Below, piece by piece: positions 36,319 through 46,080 of a stretch of 64,000 nucleotides of DNA; position 1 is the stretch's first letter; each line of letters begins with the position of its first letter. Location: sequence record PQ374922.1, one strand, 5' to 3'. The notes under the pieces were generated by a model. That model was not told where the DNA came from, searched no databases, and saw only the letters and a list, made by a program, of their open reading frames with translations. The stretch comes from a phage. The position numbers and the translations under genes are program-made.

Positions 36319-36933
36319 ATGACGATGACAACGTTGAAGGTCATGGCCTTGTCCGTGACCTTTACCATTGCCAGCGGGAATGTGCACGCTTCCCAAAGTA
36401 CCACCCAATGTGTTTATAATTTCTCCGAGCAACAACTTAATACGATGGCAACCGCCTATCACGTGGGCAAGACACAAGATCTTGGCTACACTCTGGCCGC
36501 CATATCTTGGCGTGAGAGCCGCGCTGGCGAAGATGTAGTGTCAATGCGATACGGCCTCAAGGCGGCCAACATGGGAGCCTTTCAGAACAAGGTGAAGACA
36601 GTTGGTGATCGCGAAGGTTGTAAGAATCGCAAGTGCTATGCCAATGTCGCTATAAAGTTGCTGACCGACCAAGAATATGCCGCGCAAGCCGCCCTCGATG
36701 AGATGCAGTTCTGGCTGACCTATCACAATCAGAATATCCGCAAATCCCTCTCCTCTTACAATGCTGGCTTCGCCCGTAATCCTGCATCGAACGCTTATGC
36801 TGCCGACGTCGTGAAGAAAGCTAAATATCTTCAGAAATGTGTGTCCTTCGAAGGCCGGACCATCTCCGAGGTAGATCCTCAGGTGATCGCCATGAACAAG
36901 CACACAATAGAGAAACTGAAGAGGACAAGATAA
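36319..36933 (+). CDS. secreted lytic transglycosylase (SLT domain) with signal peptide
   Basis: Signal peptide MTMTTLKVMALSVTFTIASGNVHA; SLT-like motif AISWRESRAG...MGAFQ. Confidence 0.5.
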   Translation: MTMTTLKVMALSVTFTIASGNVHASQSTTQCVYNFSEQQLNTMATAYHVGKTQDLGYTLAAISWRESRAGEDVVSMRYGLKAANMGAFQNKVKTVGDREGCKNRKCYANVAIKLLTDQEYAAQAALDEMQFWLTYHNQNIRKSLSSYNAGFARNPASNAYAADVVKKAKYLQKCVSFEGRTISEVDPQVIAMNKHTIEKLKRTR

Positions 36934-37571
36934 TGAACATCACTCCATCTCAGGCCGGATATGAACATATCTTGGTCTTCATTGCTCTACAGGGTGCGAA
37001 GGAAGGCATCATCGTATCCGAGTACTCAGGTACGGTTCGCCTTGCTGATTATGTCGCACCGGAGGCATTTATCAAGAAGTGTATTGACGCATGGTGCCTC
37101 TATGCCCTCAGCACATACCCTGCTCCTCCTGAGGGTGAGCTGTTGTTTACTGTGCCGACTCCGGCTGTTGGCGATACAGACGCGATCTTTGCCGATATGC
37201 TGGCCAAGGGGTATTTGGTGTATGACCTCACCCACGATGTCTACTCCTTTACTTCGCTGAACACCGTGTTTGGATTCACCATCACATCTGAAGCCAACAT
37301 CCCTGACTGGGGTATTTTGGCGTGGGGCGTTGACGGTCTGGGTGCAACCTACGCATCGTCTGACGTCGGTGCGGTTCTGATTGATGAGGGTGTCACCATG
37401 GAGCAGTACCTTGCCCAGTTCCCTCAGCACAATATCACAGGCAGCGACATCATTTTGGTCCAGCCTGGCGCTATCGCTCTCCCCCGTTTGGTGGATGGAT
37501 TGAAGCCTCAGCTGAAGGACATCATCGCAGGTATTCGATCCCACATTCCGGTTGTGAATCTGACGCCGTAA
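36933..37571 (+). CDS. hypothetical protein (212 aa)
   Basis: Start overlaps previous stop. Confidence 0.5.
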   Translation: MNITPSQAGYEHILVFIALQGAKEGIIVSEYSGTVRLADYVAPEAFIKKCIDAWCLYALSTYPAPPEGELLFTVPTPAVGDTDAIFADMLAKGYLVYDLTHDVYSFTSLNTVFGFTITSEANIPDWGILAWGVDGLGATYASSDVGAVLIDEGVTMEQYLAQFPQHNITGSDIILVQPGAIALPRLVDGLKPQLKDIIAGIRSHIPVVNLTP

Positions 37572-37624
37572 AAATAATTCAATAAAAGGGGCTTTCGCCC
37601 CTTTACTTCTTCAATATCCTTCCC

Positions 37625-37645
37625 TATACTTCATTCCATAAGCAG
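37625..37645 (+). repeat. exact 21-mer tatacttcattccataagcag (copy 2)
   Basis: Identical to 1970-1990. Confidence 0.8.
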
Positions 37646-37678
37646 TACGACACCAACTTGAATAGCAGGAACTATATC

Positions 37679-38014
37679 ATGACACAACTCAAGAACTTCA
37701 CCGCCGATGACATGTTTGCCTTCCAGGGTGCTGAGCACTTTGCTGACGGCTCTGTACCTCGCATCTACTACTTCTCCGACGAAGAGATGGAAGCGTTCTT
37801 CGACCTGATGGAAAAGGACTACGAATCGAGCGACTTCGTTTATATCATCCATCACGCTGAAGGACTGACCTTGGGTTGGACGGCCAACAACGAACCAGAA
37901 GAAGTAAACTTCCCTGAAGGTATCATGTCAGAGCGCGTCGAATATCTACTGGAAGCCCTGGACCCCCACACCCTCCCGCTCTGGGCGATGTCTGTAGCCC
38001 AAGTTCAAAAATAA
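37679..38014 (+). CDS. hypothetical acidic protein (111 aa)
   Basis: Conserved ctatatcATG start context. Confidence 0.5.
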   Translation: MTQLKNFTADDMFAFQGAEHFADGSVPRIYYFSDEEMEAFFDLMEKDYESSDFVYIIHHAEGLTLGWTANNEPEEVNFPEGIMSERVEYLLEALDPHTLPLWAMSVAQVQK

Positions 38015-38089
38015 GATAAGGGGGCTGACGCTCCCTTTTGGTTTCGCTAATTAGAAGAAACCGCCGTTAATTCAGTCAGGAGATATAAA

Positions 38090-41008
38090 ATGTCAAAGCT
38101 AAGTTTCCTCCAGTTCATGCAGGAAAGAGATCAGTTGGACGAAGCGTTCAACTCCGCTCCGTATGAGCTGACCATGGGCAAGAAGAACGCAGGCGATGTG
38201 TTCTTCACCTTCATCGACGAAGATGAAAAGGAATACCGTATTCAGTTCTATACCCCTCAGGGGCTGGGTAAGAGTGTTCGTCAGGTTTTCATCGGCCAGA
38301 AGCGCGGCTCCGTCTATCCTGACGCCATCGCTCGCTTCAAGAACCCAATGCGCGTTATCGCTTCCATGATCGAAGCGACCAAACAATTCATGGCGACTCC
38401 TCTGGGCAAGACCATCGATGGCTTTGCTGTCAACTTCTCTAAGAAAGCCCTGGATCGCGGTATGACCCTGATTCCTAAGATCATCCGCCAGTCCGGCCTG
38501 AAGCAGAAACTGAACGTCATGGACCTGACCTACGCGCCTGTTCCTGACCGTGGTTATGTGTGGCTAGTTCGTAAGGGTAAAGATCCGGCTCAGGTATTCG
38601 ACGGTCCGAAGATGCAGGGTATCACCTGGGATGATCCAGACAAAGTCGGTGACGTTCCGGTTCAGAACAATACTCCGGATGTGGGAGTTGGGGCTGGTTC
38701 TTCTGAAATCGAAGTCAACCGCGAGTGGTACAACAGCTCGGACACTGGTCTGGAGTTGAAGAGCGGGCGAGACCCGATTCGTGGAAATTACGTCCGTCTG
38801 ATAAGCGGTTCGAAAGAAGTAGCCACATTCTATGGTTATGATTTTGACAAATATCCAGACGGGACTGAGGTATCTTGGAATATGAAGCGCGGCTTCACCA
38901 ACCAAGACTTGGTCGGTGCGTCCATGACCAAACAGAAGAAAGGTATGTACGATCAGTACACTTTCAAGAAAGGTACTCAGATAATTCTGGTGGTGGACGT
39001 TGACACCAGCAATGACACCAGCAATGACACCAGCAATGGCAACGGATGGAAATTAACTTCAAACGGGGATCAGCCCATGTTGTTATGGGCTGGTAAGGAG
39101 AGAGGCCGCACGAACACGGCAAATATCGCTCCCCACTACAATGAGCCGGGCGTGTATGTTGGCGCATACATGAATGAGAAACCTGTGCGTGGGCAAAGTG
39201 CTGATTTCATTGCTCGTCAGTTGAAATTACCGCAAGTCCCTATCAATATCCTGAATGATTTCACCATGGCGTCTACAAAATTTTGGAAAGGTTCTCAAAA
39301 CAGTTCAGACAGAAATAACCCAGCCAACATTATCGGTTCTGGAACTGCTGTTATTGATGCCAAACGACTTGGTGCTCGAGAAGTAAACGTTGAACGATTC
39401 AAAAACGGTGTTCGCATGCGTTCTCAAAACGGTGACGTCGACATCAGTATTTCTGACCCAGACTTTTCAAATGCAGCAAGTGCGACTGATGCTGCTACTG
39501 CCTCTGTTGTGGTCAAGAACGGGCGTTACGAAGGTGCCATCAATTCAAAGCGCAAGATTGCCCGCACCTCGTACGAGCAGGGTACTGAATGGGATATCAT
39601 CGGTGTCAACGGGGAAACCCTTGTCTCTATCAAGTTGAACAAAGTGTCTAAATCCGCATCGGATTCGACCGAGGGTGCAACCAGTGTTGATCAATTACGT
39701 GACAGTGGTTTCATCGCTCGTGTTCTGGGTATCATTGATACCAACGTTGGGCTGGACACTTCTATTCTTCCTGGTGAAAACATCCGTCGCGTGGGCGCTG
39801 GTCGTTACACGACGGCAGGCGGGTTGGTTATCGTTGTCAACTTCACAAACGTCCTCGCTGGTTTCGTTCAATACTCAGTTTTCAGCGAAATTGCTGAAGA
39901 GGAGAACGTGGCCAAAGGTAGCGCCCGTGACGTCGCCAATGCGGTAATTGCGTCCATCTTTGAGGTTGCCAAGACCCAGTACACTGGGAAATGGGAAATT
40001 AGCGCAGTGCCAACAAGCGCTCCATATCCTATCAAAGCCATTCGCCGTTCTCGGGGCTGGGGTTATGTGGAAACCGCAAACTGGACTCTGACAGTGTCCG
40101 ACGCTGTCCTGAATCGTGTGAAGCCAGGGAAAACTGCCCTACTGGAACTCATCAAAGAACCTCCGCGTGGCAAGCACCCGCTGGAAATCATCCCAGAGAA
40201 GGGCGACAAGACCCTGATGCTGAAAGATCGTATTACCGGGGCCATCTATGGTTCTATCGACCTGAATGCCCAAGGCGCTGATCTGGTCAACTCTGGAACC
40301 CTGAAGATGCCACGCAACGCCATGGTGTTTGGTGAGACTGTCAACGGTATGTCCATTCGGTGGGATGTCAATTTCCCCGAAACGGGAAAATACGCCGGTG
40401 CTTCTATGATAACCAACGTGACCTATTACTACGACAAAGGTAAAGTTGCATTCACCCCAATTGTCTCTCAGAAAGGGCGTACCCTGAACAATCCGAAGAC
40501 ATATGAACTTCCTTTAAACAAAGATATGGTCCAGAGTGTGATTGATGAGATTTCATCAAAAATGGAATATCTTTCCAGAAACCTCCAACAGTTGAAAAGT
40601 CAGTCATACAACCCAAACCAGGTGTTCTTGAACGATATAACCATCACGGATAAAGGTGAAGTGATTTGGAATGATTACAACTTGTCTGACGGCAAAGTTA
40701 CACAAATTATGCTGTCCATGATAAGCGCAGAAAATAAACGTCTAGAGAAAGTGGCAAACAAGCCGGATATCAATATCACATTGCCAAAGAAACAAGCTGA
40801 AGTGATAGAATTTATAAACCGGATGATCGACATTGATCTCACCCCTTATGTGAGAACCCCCAAAAAACGTGATGTGGTATTATTTGACTCTTCTGAATTG
40901 TCGATGAACCAACTCAACAACATAGAACGCCTGGGAAGAGAAACAGGAAAATGGTCTCTTCAGTCAAACGGCGGTATGGGTCATGCACTATTTCTGAATG
41001 TTTGGTGA
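38090..41008 (+). CDS. large hypothetical protein (972 aa) with internal SNDT tandem repeat
   Basis: Uninterrupted 2.9-kb ORF; 12-bp x3 tandem repeat at 39002-39037; 3' ~500 nt markedly AT-richer. Confidence 0.7.
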   Translation: MSKLSFLQFMQERDQLDEAFNSAPYELTMGKKNAGDVFFTFIDEDEKEYRIQFYTPQGLGKSVRQVFIGQKRGSVYPDAIARFKNPMRVIASMIEATKQFMATPLGKTIDGFAVNFSKKALDRGMTLIPKIIRQSGLKQKLNVMDLTYAPVPDRGYVWLVRKGKDPAQVFDGPKMQGITWDDPDKVGDVPVQNNTPDVGVGAGSSEIEVNREWYNSSDTGLELKSGRDPIRGNYVRLISGSKEVATFYGYDFDKYPDGTEVSWNMKRGFTNQDLVGASMTKQKKGMYDQYTFKKGTQIILVVDVDTSNDTSNDTSNGNGWKLTSNGDQPMLLWAGKERGRTNTANIAPHYNEPGVYVGAYMNEKPVRGQSADFIARQLKLPQVPINILNDFTMASTKFWKGSQNSSDRNNPANIIGSGTAVIDAKRLGAREVNVERFKNGVRMRSQNGDVDISISDPDFSNAASATDAATASVVVKNGRYEGAINSKRKIARTSYEQGTEWDIIGVNGETLVSIKLNKVSKSASDSTEGATSVDQLRDSGFIARVLGIIDTNVGLDTSILPGENIRRVGAGRYTTAGGLVIVVNFTNVLAGFVQYSVFSEIAEEENVAKGSARDVANAVIASIFEVAKTQYTGKWEISAVPTSAPYPIKAIRRSRGWGYVETANWTLTVSDAVLNRVKPGKTALLELIKEPPRGKHPLEIIPEKGDKTLMLKDRITGAIYGSIDLNAQGADLVNSGTLKMPRNAMVFGETVNGMSIRWDVNFPETGKYAGASMITNVTYYYDKGKVAFTPIVSQKGRTLNNPKTYELPLNKDMVQSVIDEISSKMEYLSRNLQQLKSQSYNPNQVFLNDITITDKGEVIWNDYNLSDGKVTQIMLSMISAENKRLEKVANKPDINITLPKKQAEVIEFINRMIDIDLTPYVRTPKKRDVVLFDSSELSMNQLNNIERLGRETGKWSLQSNGGMGHALFLNVW
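39002..39037 (+). repeat. in-frame tandem repeat, 12-bp unit gacaccagcaat x3 (encodes DTSN x3)
   Basis: Three perfect copies inside the 972-aa ORF. Confidence 0.9.
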
Positions 41009-41082
41009 AACCAGCTGGACTTGAGAACAGAATAAAGCCCCTCCGGGGGCTAATTACATCTAAATCCCCGAGGAGAGATCCA

Positions 41083-41388
41083 ATGAAACCGTTTATCGAA
41101 TATTTTAAAGAACAAGCCGCTAAACCTCAGACCCATGCTGGTGTCCAGGGTAAGACCGTATCCATCACCAAGCAAGCTGACGGCACTCAGTGGTGTTCCG
41201 GCGCTACCGTGACCCAGATCACTCCTGACAATCAGGCGGATATCTACAACCTGGAGTTAACCAACGGCAACACCATCAAGGTGAAGCTGACCCCAGACCA
41301 GACTCACGGTATCTCCCAAGGTCAGGAAGTCGTTGCTGTCCATGACGGTTTCGAATTCTTCTTTGGCAAGTCTGTCGACAAAGACTAA
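41083..41388 (+). CDS. hypothetical protein (101 aa)
   Basis: GAGGAGAG RBS. Confidence 0.5.
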   Translation: MKPFIEYFKEQAAKPQTHAGVQGKTVSITKQADGTQWCSGATVTQITPDNQADIYNLELTNGNTIKVKLTPDQTHGISQGQEVVAVHDGFEFFFGKSVDKD

Positions 41389-41428
41389 GTGAAACCATCA
41401 AGATGACCCTGGTCAAGCCGTGATTACA

Positions 41429-41460
41429 ATCCCCCTAAATACAGGGGGATTTCTTTTTCT
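41429..41460 (+). terminator. terminator hairpin with TAAATACA loop
   Basis: atccccc-TAAATACA-gggggat followed by ttctttttct. Confidence 0.65.
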
Positions 41461-41472
41461 GAGGACAACATC

Positions 41473-41826
41473 ATGGTCAATGCGAGTATTTTCATCAACC
41501 GTGGACTGCTTGCTATAGCCCACTCTCATGCCTTACACTTCGTTACAACGTCCTATGCCAAGCACAAGGCACTCGGGGAGTTCTACGGGGATCTAGAGGA
41601 CTTGCTGGACACGTTTACCGAAGCATACATCGGTGCGGGTGGTCAGTATGTTCCATCATTCGAGAATATCAAATTGTACAACCCAGACCCTATCTCCTAT
41701 ATTAACAGTGTGGTGATAGACGTCGATGGCATCTACAAGCAGTGTGACTCCCACCTTCAGAGCACTCTTGACGATATCAAGACACTGTGCTATCAGACGA
41801 TCTACAAACTGAAGCAGCTGTCGTAA
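41473..41826 (+). CDS. hypothetical protein (117 aa)
   Basis: Downstream of hairpin carrying TAAATACA loop. Confidence 0.5.
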   Translation: MVNASIFINRGLLAIAHSHALHFVTTSYAKHKALGEFYGDLEDLLDTFTEAYIGAGGQYVPSFENIKLYNPDPISYINSVVIDVDGIYKQCDSHLQSTLDDIKTLCYQTIYKLKQLS

Positions 41827-41883
41827 GTCAATACGAAATAAAGGCATATAATTTTGCTCATTATTCACCGAAAGGAAAGGACA

Positions 41884-42495
41884 ATGAGCAAAATCTTTAT
41901 CCCGTCACACCGCGAAGGATGTGAAATCGCGGCCAACTACCTGCGCGGTCGCATGAACTGCGGCGCTGTCTTCATCGAGCCAAATTCGTTTGACAACAAA
42001 GAATCACCTGATGCCATCGGGTTCCGTTCCGGCGGTTGCTCTATCCTGATGGAAGTGAAGGTGTCTCGCTCTGATTTCCTTACCGACAAGAAGAAGCCCC
42101 ATCGGATGGACCCCACAACAGGTATGGGCGCATACCGCTTTTATGTCTGCCCTCAGGAAGTAATCAGGGTTGAAGACCTACCACCAAAGTGGGGGTTGTT
42201 CTACTTCACACCCCGCAAGTCCCTGATGCCAGTTCATGTGCCAGACATGCAGTACTCTTCATTGTCATCACCGGAGCATTATCAGAAGTACCTTGATGAA
42301 CAGATCAAGAGAGGAAGAACCGTTACCCGGCATATGCGCAGCTACATGGAACTCCTCGACGGCTTCGCCCACTTTGAGCGCAACATGGCTGGGGAACAGA
42401 ATATCCTGTATGGGGCTTGGCGTCAACTGTGTATAGCTCAAAGTCGTGGTGTAGACTATACTGTGACCGAAGTGTTCCAGAGGCCGAAGATCTAA
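41884..42495 (+). CDS. PD-(D/E)xK nuclease-fold protein
   Basis: Core motif SPDAIGF...ILMEVKVSRSD; AAAGGAAAGGA RBS. Confidence 0.5.
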   Translation: MSKIFIPSHREGCEIAANYLRGRMNCGAVFIEPNSFDNKESPDAIGFRSGGCSILMEVKVSRSDFLTDKKKPHRMDPTTGMGAYRFYVCPQEVIRVEDLPPKWGLFYFTPRKSLMPVHVPDMQYSSLSSPEHYQKYLDEQIKRGRTVTRHMRSYMELLDGFAHFERNMAGEQNILYGAWRQLCIAQSRGVDYTVTEVFQRPKI

Positions 42496-43151
42496 TGAAC
42501 TATCAAAAAATTCATGACGCTATAATAACCAGAGCCAGAGATAGAATTTTAACTGGTTACAAGGAAAAACACCACGTCATCCCTCTATCTCTTGGTGGTG
42601 AAGACAGGAACTACAATAAAGTTTCTCTCACAGCATCTGAACATTATATTATTCATCTTCTGTTGGCCAAAATTCACGGCGGGGTAATGGTCAGCGCATT
42701 TAAAAAGATGCGCCACTTGACCTCTAATCCTCCAAACAATAAAGAGTTTGCCGTCAGGAGGGAATTGTTGTGTACAACAGCCGGGGAGAAAGCGAAAGAT
42801 CCACAAAAACGGAAAAGGCATTCTCTGAAAATGAAGGGTAGAAACCATACAGAATCTGCCAAATTATCAATATCCAATTCCATGACTGGGGAGAATAACC
42901 CAATGAAGGGGATACCTGCATGGAGGAACCCGACCAACATCAGCCGAGGAACTCATAAAAATTGGTTGGCGGCTGGAGAAATTTATGACTTGTACGTCAC
43001 AGGGAAATTTTTAAGAGTTATCGACCTCTTCAATGCTTGCAAATTGCCGACATCATACGGAACGGTTTCCACCATAAAAACAAAATTGGAATTGGGTTGG
43101 GAGCCAAGGAAAGACGCGGATTGGTTGCAATTCTATGAGGAACACAAATGA
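42495..43151 (+). CDS. HNH homing endonuclease
   Basis: HNH motif KEKHHVIPLSLGGEDRNYNKVSLTASEHYIIH; AT-rich codon usage unlike neighbours. Confidence 0.75.
   Translation: MNYQKIHDAIITRARDRILTGYKEKHHVIPLSLGGEDRNYNKVSLTASEHYIIHLLLAKIHGGVMVSAFKKMRHLTSNPPNNKEFAVRRELLCTTAGEKAKDPQKRKRHSLKMKGRNHTESAKLSISNSMTGENNPMKGIPAWRNPTNISRGTHKNWLAAGEIYDLYVTGKFLRVIDLFNACKLPTSYGTVSTIKTKLELGWEPRKDADWLQFYEEHK
42495..43151 (+). mobile_element. free-standing homing endonuclease gene insertion
   Basis: Compositionally distinct HNH gene wedged between nuclease gene and primase with overlapping start/stop codons. Confidence 0.5.
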
Positions 43152-44206
43152 AATTTCTCGACGAACAATTCATAAATTACGTTGCTCCCAGACTCGATAA
43201 ATTCAAGTGGGAACGCGTTGGGTCTGTCGCAAATTTTAGATGCCCGCTTTGTGGAGATTCTCTCAAAAGTGCTAATAAACGACGCGGTTATTTTTTCTTC
43301 GATCGAGATAATGACTGCTTTCGGTTTAAATGTCATAATTGCCATAACATGAATGGCTGGTCATTTGAGTTCTGGCTGAAGAAGTTCGACGAACGCCTCT
43401 CAACAGAGTACAACATGGAGAAGTTCCGTCTGCTGGGTGATACGTCGGGCAGACCACTTCCTTCCCTGAAGCCGCTGCCAAAGCTGACACAGACCGCCCG
43501 TATTGGCTCAGTGGCGGCGAAACGCGACGAGAGCCTCCTCGGCAATATGCTACGGCTTGATCTGCTACCGCCTGACCATAAGGCTCGACAGTACGTACAG
43601 TGGCGTGGACTGCCGGAGAGCACTTTGTCCCTCCTGTATTACACACAACACTTCCGCCAGGATCTACTCCAGTTCGAAACGAACCCTGAGAAGCAACTGA
43701 AAATTCCCGATGACGAGCGCCTGGTAATCCCATTCTGGACGCAAGATGGGCGGATGAAGATCGTTCAGGGGCGTGCATTCGACAAGAATGCGACACTGCG
43801 CTACGCAACAGTCAAGCCCAAGGATGAAGACACTAAGGTGTATGGTGAAGACCGGGTAAACATTCACAAGACCAAGCTGGTTGTGGAAGGTCCGATTGAC
43901 AGCCTGTTCCTACCCAACTGTCTTGCATCGGCCGACGCTGATCTACTGAGCGTGAAGGGTGACATTTATATCCCTGATAATCAGTACCGGAACCCGCAGG
44001 TGTGTGACGGTATTCAGAAGATGATAGATAAAGGTGTCAAGGTTGTACTGTTCCCACCAGACGTTCCTTGGAAGGATATCAACGACATGGTCATGCCATC
44101 AAAGGGCAACATGTCCATACAAGACCTCCTGAAGCTGATCGCCAAGAACGTTTACCAAGGTATGGCCGCATCATTACAATTCGCTGAACTGAGGAAAGTG
44201 CGATGA
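43148..44206 (+). CDS. DNA primase, T4 gp61-like
   Basis: Zinc-binding CPLCGDS...CHNCHN and Toprim motif VVEGPIDSLFL (T4 gp61 has LEGPIDSLFI). Confidence 0.85.
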   Translation: MKFLDEQFINYVAPRLDKFKWERVGSVANFRCPLCGDSLKSANKRRGYFFFDRDNDCFRFKCHNCHNMNGWSFEFWLKKFDERLSTEYNMEKFRLLGDTSGRPLPSLKPLPKLTQTARIGSVAAKRDESLLGNMLRLDLLPPDHKARQYVQWRGLPESTLSLLYYTQHFRQDLLQFETNPEKQLKIPDDERLVIPFWTQDGRMKIVQGRAFDKNATLRYATVKPKDEDTKVYGEDRVNIHKTKLVVEGPIDSLFLPNCLASADADLLSVKGDIYIPDNQYRNPQVCDGIQKMIDKGVKVVLFPPDVPWKDINDMVMPSKGNMSIQDLLKLIAKNVYQGMAASLQFAELRKVR

Positions 44207-44409
44207 CGTTAGAAGAACTGAACAAACTGGACGACGGAGAGATCGTGCGGGGGTACTTGAAATCTCGTGAGGGGTATGTCTTATCTGGGGAAGAATCTCT
44301 GAGTTTCATCCACGGCTGGAAGAATGGTCAGGCGGACTTCCATGGGGTTCCCATCAGTGATGAGCAGGCCGAATTGGCTCGCGAGTTTGTAAGATTTCGC
44401 CCGAACTAA
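44203..44409 (+). CDS. hypothetical protein (68 aa)
   Basis: ATGA overlap with primase. Confidence 0.5.
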   Translation: MTLEELNKLDDGEIVRGYLKSREGYVLSGEESLSFIHGWKNGQADFHGVPISDEQAELAREFVRFRPN

Positions 44410-44606
44410 AACTTTTTACTTCACATCACTTCCCTCTAGGCCTCATTCGACGAGGCCTTTTAAAATACTTCAAAAATAATTTTTTAAAAATTATTGAAAA
44501 AGACTTTACTCTTCAATAATGATGCACTATTATAGTTCACATAGGGCGGCAACACACCGCCGAATGAAAAGTGAAATGAACCAACTACATTATGAGGAAT
44601 TACATC

Positions 44607-45095
44607 ATGGCTACCACCAAAACTCTGATCACCAACGGCACCATCTCTTTCGAACTGAACACCGAAGTTGCTAAAGTTGAAATGTTCCGCATCGCTCAGG
44701 CAGCTGGCTTCACTGGTGGTAAAACTTCCTTCATGAACCTGCTGAACGGTAAAGTGAAATCGACAAACGGCTTCACCCTGGTAGAGCAGGTTGTGGTTGA
44801 CAAAGCTGTGGTTGATAAGACTGCCGACAAAGTTGGTATGCTGAAAAACCTGGGTCACGACATCCACATTGTCGAAGCAAACACCGAAACTTACGGCACC
44901 ATCGTAGTCGGTAAAGGTCGCATCCAGCTGAACCCGCTGAACAACGGTTCCTTCTCTGTGATGGTCTTCCCTAAGAAGGGATATGACAACACCGACATCG
45001 TGAAAGCTGTTGGCGGCGAAGCAAAAGCTCAGTACGTCAAAATGGGTAAACTGAGCGCCGACGCAGTTGAAGCTCTGGTGAGCAAACTGGCCTAA
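44607..45095 (+). CDS. hypothetical protein (162 aa), likely highly expressed
   Basis: Near-ideal E. coli-optimal codon usage; GAGGAA RBS. Confidence 0.6.
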   Translation: MATTKTLITNGTISFELNTEVAKVEMFRIAQAAGFTGGKTSFMNLLNGKVKSTNGFTLVEQVVVDKAVVDKTADKVGMLKNLGHDIHIVEANTETYGTIVVGKGRIQLNPLNNGSFSVMVFPKKGYDNTDIVKAVGGEAKAQYVKMGKLSADAVEALVSKLA

Positions 45096-45244
45096 TCCAG
45101 ACGTATAACATAGGGGAGGCAACTCCCCCTATCAGGTCTTGGGAGGAGATCACAGTCATTCAATCCTCTTTAGGCGCTCTCTGGGTTGCTGACACATTCA
45201 GAACAAAGTCTCCCCCAGCTCCTCGAGTAGTTCACTTTCACTTT

Positions 45245-45275
45245 AAATACCTCTGCATTCATTGTGGAGGTATTT
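45245..45275 (+). promoter_or_regulatory. hairpin pairing TAAATACCTC with the endolysin Shine-Dalgarno region
   Basis: aaatacctc (45245-45253) is reverse complement of gaggtattt (45267-45275), 5 nt before the endolysin ATG. Confidence 0.45.
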
Positions 45276-45279
45276 TCTT

Positions 45280-46074
45280 ATGGCCATTCTAAAACTTGGC
45301 AACCGTGGCACTGAAGTGAAGGCACTTCAGGATAGCCTCAACAAAATCGGCTTCACCCTCGTCGCTGATGGTATCTTTGGCAAGGCAACAGAGAACGCCG
45401 TCAAGACTGTTCAGGCGGGTGCGGGGCTTGTCATTGATGGTATCGTGGGTCCAAAGACCTCCTATGCTATTCGCAACGCCGGAGACGCCCATCAGGATCA
45501 TCTAACTGAGTCAGACCTGATTGATGCTGCTAACGATCTGGGTGTTGACCTTGCCTCTGTCAAGGCGGTGAATCAGGTTGAGTCGCGCGGCACGGGCTTC
45601 ACCAAGTCAGGTAAGATCAAGACATTATTTGAGCGCCACATCATGTATAAGAAGCTGATGGCGAAGTTCGGACAGGCTCGGGCGAATGCCATGGGGCATA
45701 TGTACCCGACGTTGGTCAGTCCTTCCGCAGGCGGGTACACGGGAGGCGACGCGGAGTTGGATCGACTTCATGCGGCCATCAACATCGATGAGGATTGTGC
45801 GTACGAGAGCGCCTCTTACGGTCTCTTCCAGATCATGGGATTCAACTGCCAGGTCTGTGGATATGCCAACGCCAAGGAGATGTTCAACGACTTCCTGACA
45901 GGAGAACGTGCTCATTTGATGGCATTCGTGAAGTTCATCAAGGCTGACGCCAAGCTCTGGCAGGCTCTGAAGGACAAGAACTGGGCTGAGTTTGCGCGGC
46001 GCTATAATGGTCCGGCGTATGCCAAGAACCAGTACGACACGAAGCTCGTAGCAGCATACAAGAGTTTCAGTTAA
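45280..46074 (+). CDS. endolysin with N-terminal peptidoglycan-binding domain
   Basis: PG_binding_1-like N-terminus (LKLGNRGTEVKALQ...GIFGKATENAVKTVQ) plus C-terminal glycosidase-like domain. Confidence 0.65.
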   Translation: MAILKLGNRGTEVKALQDSLNKIGFTLVADGIFGKATENAVKTVQAGAGLVIDGIVGPKTSYAIRNAGDAHQDHLTESDLIDAANDLGVDLASVKAVNQVESRGTGFTKSGKIKTLFERHIMYKKLMAKFGQARANAMGHMYPTLVSPSAGGYTGGDAELDRLHAAINIDEDCAYESASYGLFQIMGFNCQVCGYANAKEMFNDFLTGERAHLMAFVKFIKADAKLWQALKDKNWAEFARRYNGPAYAKNQYDTKLVAAYKSFS

Positions 46075-46080
46075 CTCAAA

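Noticed and set aside
39002-39037. Possible CRISPR-like array
   Set aside because: Only three directly abutting 12-bp units with no spacers, inside a coding frame; simple tandem repeat
38964-39167. Minus-strand ORF encoding CHCWCHCW repeats
   Set aside because: Reverse complement of the in-frame tandem repeat of the 972-aa gene; artefact
44484-45122. 212-aa minus-strand ORF overlapping gene 44607-45095
   Set aside because: Antisense to a strongly codon-optimised gene; open frame explained by codon bias of sense strand
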